A DNA stretch of 63,800 bases, the filler included, from Octopus bimaculoides (lineage: Eukaryota), in assembly GCF_001194135.2 (NCBI RefSeq). It is 5 parts of 5 records of this genome, joined end to end, with 100 filler letters (N's around TTAATTAATTAA, not from the genome) between each part and the next. Parts side by side here need not be neighbours in the genome. Positions count along the whole stretch, not along the records: positions 1 to 27,562 come from NC_068993.1; 4 more parts are not named here. One strand, given 5' to 3'. Position 1 is the stretch's first letter, and every line of letters starts with the position of its first letter. The notes beneath the pieces are model-generated. The model saw only the letters and a list, made by a program, of their open reading frames with translations, was not told the DNA's origin and ran no database searches. Both the position numbers and the translations under genes were made by a program. This document shows, one piece after another, positions 13,976-25,432 of the stretch.

Positions 13976-15772
13976 ATGATGATGGTGGTGATGATGATGA
14001 TGATGATGATAATAATTAATTTTAAATATAACAGAGGATTTAGTAAAATAACTTTATCATTAAGCTAGTGTTAGGAACAAAAATTGTAACTAAGGTTTGG
14101 TGGAAGATTTTAATTCAGAACTTATGAAAACAAGACATTTGTACTACAGAGAGCCAGAGGCAGTTTCAGCCAGGATAGTATCAAAAGGGTTAAACAGCAT
14201 TTCAGACCATTCCAGATAGATTTCATACTTTATGTTAGAAAATCAAAAAAGAAAGTCAGACAGCTTACCTGTATCATCAGTTGCAAAGTAATTGTACAAT
14301 GCAGTCGTTAAGCAATTTTGATCATCAAAATTTTCCAGTTTACCCTTAAAAGACAATGAAAATCCTCATGTAAATTATCAGCAATGTAAAGTAGCTACAT
14401 AAAAGTGGCAACAGGGGGGAAATGGCTTTGTATTTACAAATAAATCACAAGAACATACAGGCTGTTCATAAATTATCTTTACAACTTCCACAATTTATTG
14501 TAATGTATTGTCTAGATGTGTCTCATGCAACCAATGGAACCCACGTGCGAATGTTCTGATGTTTTTAATAAACTTTGCCAATAAATTCTGCTGACCTATC
14601 CTTATCTTAAATTTCTTTTCTGAATTTTTTCAATTATAAAGGTAAATTATGGACACCTTGTATATTTTTAGAGAATATATTTATGTGTTGAATGGAATAT
14701 GATTATGCATGGTTAGTCATATTAACATGTTTGCATACATTCATACATGGAAAGACATTATGGGTGTAAACATGACACTATGGGTGTAAACAAGTGTGTG
14801 GTTTTAGAATGGAACTACTAAATGCCATAGTTCCCTTTTTAAAGCACCGGTCCTGGTACTTTTTGGTTAGATGTTGTGCATCAGTAAAAAATATGGTTGG
14901 AGATAGTTTACCTTTTATTGCACAGTTTTTAATTAAGGATGCAATGTACACTTAACTTTAAAGTGGTTAAATAATTCTTTCTATTACAAGCACAAGGTCT
15001 GAAATTTGAGGGGAAGGGCAGTCAATTACATCGACCCTAGTGCTCAACTATTACTAATTTTATCAACTCTGAAAGGATGAAAGGCAAAGTCAACCATGGC
15101 AGAATTTGAACTCAGAACATAAAGATGGATGAAATGCTGCTAAGCATTTAATCTGATGCACTGAACAATTCTGCCAGCCTCCCTCTTTAAAATGGTTAAA
15201 TAATCCTTTCTGCTATAGGCACAAGGCCTGGAATTTATGGGGACGGAGACAGTCAATTACATCAACCCCAGAAAATGGTTAAATAATGAAGTAACTAATT
15301 AGAGGATACTTGCAGATAATCATAGACTTTAATATATTCCCCGAAAGACAAAGACTTTGAGGTAAGAACATTAAAAGATGCACCAAATTACCTGACTTAG
15401 CGGCATTTGAAGCCGCACCCTTTCAGCTTCGACACACAGCCTTTTGAACGAACATCGGATAATTTTGTATACATTGCCATTGATTACTTCCTTATCAATG
15501 TGAAAACCTTCTTCTAAAAGTTTGCATTCAAACTTCTGCCGACAATCCTCGTTACCGTTAACCAGTTCTGTCTCGGGGTGAACAAGAATGTAATCGATAA
15601 ACTTCTTTTCAGGAAGAAGCTTGTCACCTAATTTGGAATATTCCAACTCAAACGAACTCAATCGTTTCACATATTTTGGTTTGATGTGTTTTTTCAATGG
15701 ACGTTTCTTCTTCACTTTGTTGATAAATTTTACACCGAGTTGGGTTGTAGTTATGTCGGGTTGTTCTCCCAT
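645..15772 (-). CDS. ANO: Anoctamin (TMEM16) family gene, 5' part, 7 coding exons (1144 nt, about 381 aa); 3' exons lie left of the window
   Basis: Spliced translation contains family motifs FIDYILV, SAPF..., FFRPALRSLL, GLLYLLKHEVYHDSFILHD, FQPLWKIRNYFGEKIAFYFAW (TM1) and SFDNNITPYFALIICLWG (TM2). All 6 junctions are GT-AG with matching phases (0,1,0,1,2,2). The exact paralogue cannot be assigned by eye. Confidence 0.93.
2233..2286 (-). CDS. ANO: Anoctamin coding exon 6 (54 nt), extracellular loop
   Basis: ttttctttttcag|TATTGG...GACCA|GTAAGT; (S)IGLTNSSGFYNETSTID with two N-x-S/T sequons; phase 2 to 2. Confidence 0.8.
3900..4260 (-). mobile_element. Dong/R4-like LINE fragment (pre-RT region), decayed
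   Basis: Translation EAPPLEDRDSF*RKVWSKEKELNQDVQWLQ...INGETLATVIQKT resembles the P-xx-FW-xx-IW...N-xx-A-x-W block of R4/Dong ORFs. Confidence 0.5.
4261..4632 (+). mobile_element. Non-autonomous Helentron/DINE-1-like element
   Basis: Sub-terminal inverted motif acctctacc / ggcagaggt, a (TTTG)n tract near the 5' end, and a 3' gcgctctctgagtgctcttgtt end. Confidence 0.55.
6901..7080. repeat. 60-bp purine-rich tandem repeat, 3 copies
   Basis: Sequence lines starting 6901, 6961 and 7021 are near-identical. Confidence 0.95.
8085..8312. mobile_element. MITE with TTAA-CCCT-type ends (piggyBac-like); partial copies at 14025-14192 and 22022-22100
   Basis: ttaactctttcgttac ... ggtaatgaaagggttag; the interior is shared among the three copies. 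Confidence 0.5.
9036..9188. repeat. 17-bp minisatellite, 9 copies
   Basis: (aaaagaatctaccccag)x9 with one c>t variant in copy 8. Confidence 0.97.
9437..9776 (-). CDS. ANO: Anoctamin coding exon 5 (340 nt), includes TM1
   Basis: ttcaaatttag|GTTTG...TTAAG|GTAAGG; GLLYLLKHEVYHDSFILHD...KFQPLWKIRNYFGEKIAFYFAWTGMLMTSLWFPTLFGIFIFCYGLNL. Confidence 0.95.
9890..10320 (+). mobile_element. RTE-clade LINE 3' fragment
   Basis: LKWPVHIHQMNSTRIPSQILNSKLSTSKGSCGYPMPHYKD and CDQSFLAKIGLVSN*RHRH match the RTE C-terminal RWxGHxxRM...RIPKQIL...RYKD and CxRxFxSxIGLxSH motifs. Confidence 0.75.
10677..10872. repeat. ~65-bp imperfect tandem repeat, 3 copies
   Basis: ccatgcc...taaaaagca recurs at 10677, 10743 and 10808. 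Confidence 0.85.
11935..12031 (-). CDS. ANO: Anoctamin coding exon 4 (97 nt)
   Basis: tgtcttttatag|ACACAT...AGAG|GTAAGA; encodes THLILISLDYRDEKSHSEKDQSEKDQSEKDLR(G); phase 0 to 1 bridges exons 3 and 5. Confidence 0.85.
13032..13132 (-). CDS. ANO: Anoctamin coding exon 3 (101 nt)
   Basis: cacattag|TTGAT...TTTG|GTAAGT; encodes VDYVSAPFIMEKIHWFYCYEDPSQFFRPALRSLL; phase 1 to 0. Confidence 0.9.
14269..14344 (-). CDS. ANO: Anoctamin coding exon 2 (76 nt)
   Basis: gtcttttaag|GGTAAA...ACAG|GTAAGC; encodes GKLENFDDQNCLTTALYNYFATDDT; phase 0 to 1. Missed by the ORF track. Confidence 0.85.
15392..15772 (-). CDS. ANO: Anoctamin coding exon 1 (exon starts at 15790, ATG at 15772)
   Basis: Acceptor tttttttctttag at 15791-15792; AAA-ATG-G start context; MGEQPD...EKKFIDYILVHP...FKRLCVEAERVRLQMPLSQ; donor CAG|GTAATT at 15391. 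Confidence 0.9.
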
Positions 15773-16507
15773 TTTAAATATATTCTTTTCCTAAAGAAAA
15801 AAAAACAAACAAAAAAACATAACTATCGTTGATCATTACAGGTGTAAGTACCTGAAAGGAGCTTTTAAAAGTTGTTAGTGAATGAATAAACATGAAAAAG
15901 TTAGGTCCAACTGAACGTTCTATTTTCTGTCAGTGGAGAGGCGAGTTGCCAAGAGATTTTGGCAAAGTTCTCTCATCTCCACAACAAAAGCATAATACAA
16001 GCACAACACAGAAAACCCGTCATTAATATATTATTTTTACCAATCTGACGTATATCTGTAGCTGCATACTTGTGTGTGTGTGTGAGTGTGTGTCTGTGTG
16101 TGTCTGTGACACTTATCAATAAGTATGAACATATACAATGAAATTCATAGAGTTAAACGCGCACAAGGAAATATCTATATATACATGCTTATAATTATAT
16201 AATTTTGCTTACACACACATGTGCGCACGCACACACACGCACGAACACGCACACATGCATGTATACAAACATATATGCATACAATCATCATTCGATCGCA
16301 CGGCTTGTATGGATTCTTGTGACTCTCTGTTGCCATTCAATTCTGTTATTTGAATTGGAAGCTGGAGTCATAATGAATTTTTCATTAGTTTATTACACAA
16401 CCATGGCTGCAGGGTGGCTGCAGGTATTTTGAAAATCCCTCACAGAATGATGACCTTGCTCTGCATAGTTACAGGCTGACCTTTGGCAAGGTATAACATC
16501 CCATCAG

Positions 16508-16547
<40 letters not shown>

Positions 16548-16640
16548 NNNNNNNNNNNNNNNNNNNNNNNNNNNNNNNNNNNNNNNNNNNNNNNNNNNNN
16601 NNNNNNNNNNNNNNNNNNNNNNNNNNNNNNNNNNNNNNNN

Positions 16641-16690
<50 letters not shown>

Positions 16691-16814
16691 TGAGAGAAAG
16701 AAAGAAAGAGAGAGAGAGAGAGAGGGACATGATAATTTATTCTCAAGTGTAGAATAATGCATATATATATACACACAAACACATAATCCCATACTCAAAC
16801 ACACAAATATATAT

Positions 16815-16852
<38 letters not shown>

Positions 16853-16879
16853 TATCATCCTCATGATTTAACATCCGCC

Positions 16880-16925
<46 letters not shown>

Positions 16926-17360
16926 ACATTCTGATACATTTAAATTCATTCATCATACACATACAGAGACTTAGATATCATGTGTCAATGTATGTGATAG
17001 TACGCAAGTGTGTACATGTGTGATAGTGCACAAGTGTGTATGTGTGTGTCTAAATGTTTTGCCATCTGTAATGGAAAAAAGTTGGATATCTCCAGCAGGA
17101 TGCCACTTAAATGGCTGACTAAACATGGATAGGTTTATAACATCATAAATGGGAGACAGAAATGCTGGTAGGTCCTCAGTTTAATCTGAAAAACCTGAAA
17201 AAGCATTCAACTGAAATCGAAAGGATGCAGAGCTGAATTCTGGTCATCTCATTTACTGATATTGCTGTTTTTTCTAGCACCACTGCAATAATGAAGTTTA
17301 CACTATACATACATATGTACATGCATCCATGCATCCATCCATACATACACATATATACAC

Positions 17361-17423
<63 letters not shown>

Positions 17424-18393
17424 TTACATATATACATACAAATACATATTTATATATGCTTATATGTGTGTGTATATATATATATATATCCATGCTAGCA
17501 TGGCAGGCAGAATGTTAAATGATGAAGATGATGATGATATATATCAGAGAAGCATTATGCTTTCGACCAAATATTATTCTTGGGAATGTTTTCTTGGTAA
17601 CTTGATCATAATGTCAATACTGGACTAGGAACACAATCTCTTTTAGACATGAGATCATTACATCATGACATATTTTGAAGGATGTGCTTGTACTATACGA
17701 AAGTAAGACCATGCTACTAAATGCCTATTGAACAAAAGATCAACAATGATGCTGATAAATCTCGCCAAAATTTGACCAAAAATATTAAACATGACACATA
17801 TCAGTGAAAAGTCATGTAATACACATAGGAAACACTGCTTTAAGATAAATAGATTAAAAATATTCTTGATGTTCAGAACAGCCATATTATTCCTACACAG
17901 TGAATGTTGGTGAAATATTTATGTCAAATTTCTGCCAAATCCATCCTGCCGCAACAGACCTAATATAGTTGTTGTGATCATAAAATGAAAACTTTCATTC
18001 TGTTGTGGAGATCCACGGCTTAGTTACCGTATCCCTTATTTTATCATTTGCTTGTCTCAGTCATTGGACTGCAGCCATGCTGTGGCACTGCCTTGAAGGG
18101 TTTGGTCGAACAAATCGACCTCCGCCCACTCCAGTACTTTTTTTTTTTTTTTTTTTAGTCAGGTACATATTGGTCTCTTTTGCTGAACCACTAAGTTGCA
18201 GGAACATAAACAAACCAACACCAGTTGTCAAGTATATATGTCTGTGTATATATGTGTGTGTGTGTGTGTGTGCATATATATATATGTGTGTAGGCTTACA
18301 AAGAATAAGTCCTGGGGTCGATTTGTTTGACTAAAGGCAGTGCTCCAGCATGGCCACAGTCAAATGATTGAAACAAATAAAAGAATAAAAGAC

Positions 18394-18432
<39 letters not shown>

Positions 18433-18674
18433 CACATATATAGCACTCATGCTAGTGTCACGTATAAAGCGTTCATACTGGAGCCATGAAAGAAGCACTG
18501 TCGACAGTGCCCCATGAAAAGCACCCAGTACACTCTTGTAAAGAGGTTGGCACTAGGAAGGGCATCCAGCTATAGAAACGGTGGCAGAACAGTCAATTGG
18601 AGCCTGAAGCGGCTCTCCAGCCTTGCCAGCTCCTATCAAACCATCCGACCCATGCCAACACGGAAAACAGAGAA

Positions 18675-18706
<32 letters not shown>

Positions 18707-19084
18707 CAATGATGTGTGTGAGTGTATATGTGTAAGTGTGTGCACTTGTGTATGTGTGTGTCTAGAGCATTAGTACATTCCTGGCTGTCATTTGTATAAT
18801 GGAAGTTTGATATATTCTCTGTAAACCAGATTGGGTGTCTATCGTGTATTTGCTGAATAAATTGCCTGAGTGGCTGCATCATTATTCACTTGAATAGGCA
18901 ATTCTGAGAACAAACCTTCCTCTAAATCTACATATACACATATATATCCACTCATATATTACTGTATCAAACCATAACACCTTATGCCAGCAGGAAAATG
19001 GGACGTAAAATGAGAATGAAGATATTACAAGATATATCACAATCATGTAATATTACATACAAACCTATATGGTATGCATACATA

Positions 19085-19106
19085 TCACACATACATGAAA
19101 TGACAT

Positions 19107-19139
<33 letters not shown>

Positions 19140-19702
19140 AACACACATAGTATACTAACACATATCACACATGTATATTGCCTCTGTCTCTCTCTCTCCC
19201 TCTCTCTCTCTCCCCTCCCCCTCTCTCTCTCTCTCTGTTTCTCACACTCTCTCTCACACACACTCATACACAAACATTCACACAGACATGCAAACACATA
19301 CACACAAATATATATATATGCATACACACACGCACATAGATACACACATATATATACACACACATACACACACATTCACATACACATGCAAACACATACA
19401 CATACACACGTAAAGATACACACACACACATATACACACATGCATGCACATTCACATACAAACACATACACACACACATGTATACATACATATACACACA
19501 CGCACGACATTCACATACACATGCTATCACATACGCACACACATATGCATACACATACACACACAGATACACACACACACATATATACACACATACACAC
19601 ACATATACATGCATAAACATCCATATGCACGTACACACATACACACATATACACACATGTATACATACATACACACACACACACACATACACAGACACAC
19701 AC
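19085..19702. repeat. Long compound (CA)/(CT)/(TA) microsatellite tract
   Basis: Direct reading; one of many such tracts in the window. Confidence 0.9.
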
Positions 19703-22136
19703 GAGATTTTATGGATGCTAAATAGGGTATCCAAGTGTAAGTCTTCCATCACACGTGTTATTAAACATCCATAGAGACAGATGATGTATATAAACGAAAG
19801 CAAAACTAAGCTTCTCAACAATAAAAAATCCAATCTTATGCACAGCCCACCCACACACACAGAGTTAAGACGTTTATGAATGTATCATAATGTGAGGTCA
19901 TAAAATCATTTGTCATTTCATACCTCCATACCAAAAGATTTCCTGAATCACAGCCTCAGAAACAAGGCACCACAATTATAATTCAACAATTATATTTCTA
20001 CAAGCAATTAGTGAGACTTATTGGCCATGAAATTACATTATATCACTTTAACTCTTCTGCTGACTATTCTACTAGAATTACCAAACCTAGATGTTTTTCT
20101 TTGATGCTTTATTTCCAAAGACGCCACAAAGAATGAAATCTCTTTCTCCTATGTTAATGTGAATCACTGTTGGTTTTTGATTACACCTATCTTTAAGATC
20201 GGTGTATGTGTGTGTTCTCTTCAGAACCTGGATGTCTTTCAAGAAGGTCTATATTGAGAAAAGAATAATTAAATCGTATCTTTTGTCTTCTATCTGTTAT
20301 CTGTTTCAGTCAGTGGACTGTGGCCATGCTGGGGCTCTGCTTTGAAAGGTTTTTAGTCAAACAAATCGTCCTTGGTCCTTATTTTCGTTTTTTATTTTTT
20401 TGTTTGGCTTTGTTTTTGTTTTTAAAGTTTGGTACTTACTCTCCATTCTTCACACCCTGGAACCATTTGATAACAACTGCATTGCAGTTCCATTAGATTA
20501 ATCCAGTAATCCTCCTAATATCAGAATTAATGGCATTAAGGAAGAATGTGCTTACTTAGTCTGAAAACCTTAGTAAGGTTAATCAGTCTGCTTTTCTGGC
20601 TGGAAAGGAAATTAGATTAATGGTCCTCTTTGTTATTCTGTTTCTTCCCTCAGATAACCATTACATTTGATTATTTCATTCAATTTGCTTACGATTGAGG
20701 CAATATGAGTAACTTATAATAATAATAATTATGGATCTTTCACTTAATGATACTATTTTCTTCTCAGAAAAATACAGCAATTTCTATTTAGTATATCACA
20801 AAATGAGCATTTGAATTGATATTTGGGTCTCCTATATAGTTATACCCTCACTTCACAGAAAAACACAATCATTTCTCCCAGTAAATCTCAAAGAATCTAC
20901 AGAACAAAGAATTTGAACTTTTAAATTTCTAGTCATCAACCTTTTAATTATGTCCTTACTGAAAATGTATTATCTCCAGTTTAAAATTAGAGATTGAATG
21001 CATAACCAAATGCTGTTGATGAGAACTTGCTAATGTTAGCTTACAGTCCTATGAAAATATTTTTCCATGCAATGTTAAATAATTTGCTATAATTAGGAAA
21101 GGTCACATGAATTATTAACTGTTCAAATTTATGTCTGTCGCATTGACCTAAACTGATCAGAACCAATTATACTCACAAGCCAACTAACTATCCATAAAAT
21201 CATATTCTAAACTGACCAATCAAATACATGGAAAAACAATATATATATATATACCACACAGCCACTCCTGCAGGCACGGGAGTGGCTGTGTGGTAAAAAG
21301 CTTGCTTCCCAACCACATGGTTCCGGGTTCAAGTGGCTTGCCTTGTAAGTGGATTTGGTAGACAGAAACTGAAAGAAGCCCGTCGTGTGTGTATGTTAGT
21401 ATTTGTGTATCTGTGTTTGTTCCCCTCCTTACCATTGCTTGACAACCAATGTTGGTGTGTTTTATTGGCAAAAAAGACCAATAAAATAAGTCCTAGGCAT
21501 AGAAAGAGTAAGTCCTGGGGTCGATTTGTTTGGCTAAAGGCAGTGCTCCAGTGTGGCCACAGTCAAATGACTGAAACAAGTAAGAGAATAGAAGAGTATA
21601 CACACGTGTGAATGAATGTGTTACTTTGACTGTGTCAGTTTACGTCTCTGGATGTGTATGTAATTATGTGTGTGGTCGTATGTGTGTCTATGCTGGAAGA
21701 ATTTCAAGATTAAATTGGGTTTTTTATAAATATGCATCAGCTATTGTTTTCGATGCAATCTCAATTCATACTGTCTCAGATGATGAAATATTTTTAAAAC
21801 ATTTACATTTCCCCAATTGCAAAATTCTATGGTCATAAAAATTAACGATTTTTCTAAAAACAAATGTCATCCCATGGAGGATAACAGAAATTACAATGAC
21901 AATATATGCTAACAGCATTCCAGAAATATCAGTGAGTCTATGTATAATTCTATTTCTATTGTATCATGGTTCAATACAGGAATTGTAATTTCCAAGCAAG
22001 CTACTGAATAAAGTTAAGATGCTGTTTCACCCTTTTGTTACTATATTTCTTTTGAGATGCTCTATGTTTCTTTCAATTAATTTTAAATATAACAAAGAAT
22101 TTAGAATGTGGGCATTGTTTTTAAAAAAACCGTTAT

Positions 22137-22186
<50 letters not shown>

Positions 22187-23160
22187 TTAAACAAATACGT
22201 TTGATATATTCATGCGCATTCATGTGTAACACATGATGGTTTTTATTGATGGTGGTGTGGTAGTTAGGGTGAAAAAAATGTTATAGGGAGAGAGAGAGAG
22301 ATTAAAGTGAGTGAGAGAGAAAGATGGCAGAGAGAGAGAGTGAGTGAGAGAGAGGGAGGTAACATTCATCCAGTAGTTATGCCTGTGATTGTTAAAATAC
22401 TGAAGATGACAAAACAAAAATGACACATCAGAATTGCTTGCTAATTACCAAATAATTGTGTTGCGTCATCAATATTTGTGCATGAATCTGCGGTCAATAT
22501 AAACTTTGTAAACAAAAGCAAAAACTAGACATTACCAGAAGACTATTTATAGATAATTTATATTAAAACTAAGTACACTAAAGTTGTAATTACTATTAAG
22601 GTAATATGTTTTATCTCAAATTTAGTTTTATAAATTATTATAAGAATTTCGATGATGTATATTTATGAGAAATGTGCGTAATTGAATCTTTAGTAAAATA
22701 TCAATACATTGCCATATATAGAAAACATAATGTCCTACTAAGAGACCAATAAAATACATACCAGGCTTTAAAAAAAACAAGAAACAAGTACTGGGTTCAT
22801 TCATTCAACTAAAAATTCTTCAAGGCGGTGCCCCAACATGGCCATGGTCCAACGATTGAAACAGATAAAATAGACAATAAAAAAATATTTCCTATTTTCC
22901 CTTCAACTTCTTAACATCCTGCCCCTTTCCTTTTGCCCCAATCTCATACTTATATCTTGAGTTTTACAACATTTATTTATGGAGTCTTCTCCAGCTATTA
23001 CACATATTTTCTCTGTTGCTTAATCTCCCATCAATCTTATTACATTTCATTGCCTGTAATAAAAATACTCTCTTCGTTTTAGCATCCAGTTATTTTCATT
23101 TTAATATTCAGCTCCAATTTCAGCCACTCCTTGTTCATCAAAACTGAGGTCTACAACAAA

Positions 23161-23380
23161 ATGTCATTATTTACATTATTTACATTTGACAGATATTTGT
23201 CTCCATCTTGTTATAATAATAATAACATCGAAAAATACCTTAGGAATGTGAACCCACATTCAAAATTTCCCCAAGACACCTGATGAAGGCTGGAGGGTAT
23301 ATCAGCTGAAACATTGTGTTAACAACAAACAAGATGAGGACAAATATCCATCAAATATAAATAATGTAAATAATGTACAT
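23161..23380. mobile_element. Small Penelope-like or foldback element: ~50 bp inverted arms around a hammerhead-like core
   Basis: 23163-23212 is the reverse complement (few mismatches) of 23328-23378; CTGATGA at 23280-23286 and GAAA at 23308-23311. Confidence 0.6.
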
Positions 23381-24508
23381 AATCTCTTAAATGTCATGTA
23401 TAATAAGCATAAAGAATCGCAGAATTCTGCTCTCCAAGAAATGAAGGATCTACAAGAGAAGATTGTCTCAGCTTTTGGAATAAAAACCAAATTAAAATAA
23501 ATCCTTGTACATGGATATTAACTGATGAGTAGAATATCGTTAACTGTATCTACCAAGATCATATAACTATTTCTTAATTAGACATAAGCTTTTTATCTTT
23601 TACTTGTTTCAGTCTTTAGACTGCGGCCATGCTGGGGCGCCATCTTGAAGAATTTTAGTTGAATGAATCAACACCAGTAATTTTTATTTTTTTAAGCCTA
23701 GTACTTATACTATTGGCCTTTTTTGCTAAAATGCTTAGTTACTGGGATGTAAACACACCAACACCAGTTGTCAATTGGTCGCAGAGGACAAACACAGCCA
23801 CAAACACACACAAACACATACAAACACACACACACATACACATATACACAATGGGCTTCTTTTAGTTTCCATCTACCAAATCCACTTACAAGGCTTTGGT
23901 TAGTCTGAGGCTACAGTAGAAGAAACTCGCCCAAGGTGCTATGCAGTGGGATTGAACCCAGAACCATATAGTTGGGAAGCAAACTTCTTACCACACAGCC
24001 ATGGGGTAACAGAGACAGAATAGTTGCAAGGTTAAGAAGCTTCTGGACAACTAATCTCATGGTTATCAGTTCAAAACTTGTTACCCCTATTGAGTTCTTC
24101 TTCTGGGTCGGTCACATGACTCTGATTGTCACAGTCAAAATAACCTAACATCTTAACCAAGATATAATAATGTAATCGTCATCATCACCATCATCATCAT
24201 CATCATCATCATCACCATCCTCACCACCACCACTGTCACTACCCACCACTACCACCACTACCATCATTACCACCACACCACCACTATCACCACCATCACC
24301 CTACCGCTACACCCATCACCACCTTATCAGTACCCCCATCACTACCACCACTACTACATTCATCATCACCACCACCACCACCATCACCACCATCATCATC
24401 ACCACCACCACCACCACCACCACCACCACCACCATCATCATCACCACAACTAACACCATCACTGACATCACCACCACCACCACCACCACCTCCACTACCA
24501 CCACCATC

Positions 24509-24700
24509 TTAATAGCATTTTTCTTTTTCCATGCTGCCGTGGGTTCAGTATATCTGCTGTACAGCATAATATCGCTCTTCTGTGTGGTCCAAAATGCTGT
24601 GATCTGACCTCAGCACTTTTTCCCATGTCTTCCCAGGTCTCCATCTGCTGCAGATAGCATCTAGCAACAGCACACAGCCCTCAATTCTCACCCAGCCCTC
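24509..24700 (-). mobile_element. RTE-clade LINE 3' end with (GTG/ATG)n tail at 24178-24508
   Basis: RWRPGKTWEKVLRSD resembles RGRPKKTWxEVVxxD; followed by a microsatellite tail. Confidence 0.6.
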
Positions 24701-25279
24701 ATCACTGATTTTATCTAAATGTTTATACTTGAAATGCAGAGGAATTGTTAAATATTTTATAAACACTGATAGACTTTGTAGAAAATGTATTTACCTTAAG
24801 GTCAGATATCATTCTGAACGGTAACTGTTACTGCTAAGTGAAGATTTTGTGTTTAGCTGTTTTTAAATGATGAAGGAACTTGGATCAAAAATGGAGAAGT
24901 CTGCATTCGGAACAGGATGAGAATATTGTATAATTGGTTTTTAAAGAGAACAAGTAAAAATGGCAGTTTTCTTTGCTTTTTTTTTTTTATCACAGATAAA
25001 ACAAATATAAAAAAAACAGATATAAATGTATTAAATATAGAAGTATCTCTTTTTTTTTCTCTCCCCTAAATAAAAATTTTGTCTTCATTAGGTTTACTTT
25101 TAAGACCCCTTAATTCTTTGTTTTGCTTGCACATTTGTAACTTTATACAAAGACACAGCTCTATGAACTGGGTCTTTGGTATACAGGGGTTTGTGTGACT
25201 TGATATTATGTTTGCATATCGCTTTCTCTTTGGAATTTTCTGGAAAGAAAAAATAATAATAATAATAATTCTGACTTAC

Positions 25280-25432
25280 AGAGTTGCAGTTGCAGTGAGT
25301 TCAAGAGATCCATCATAGATTCAGACATTGAGAAAGAGAAAGGTAGTCCATATACTAAATTCTAGCTTATGTTAGAGATCATTGAATGAAGTGTGTGATG
25401 TTATCTCAGGGTTAATATGAATAAACCGGTAC
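25280..25432 (-). other. Candidate non-coding 5' UTR exon of the anoctamin gene (153 nt)
   Basis: Strong acceptor ttttctacttttgttctctcttcag and donor CT|GTAAGTCAG; stops in all three frames; same strand as and upstream of coding exon 1. Not confirmed by transcripts. Confidence 0.4.

Noticed and set aside
19085-19860. Cys/Val- or His/Thr-rich ORFs
   Set aside because: Translations of (CA)n/(TG)n microsatellites; the same applies to 47042-47380 and 55770-56607.
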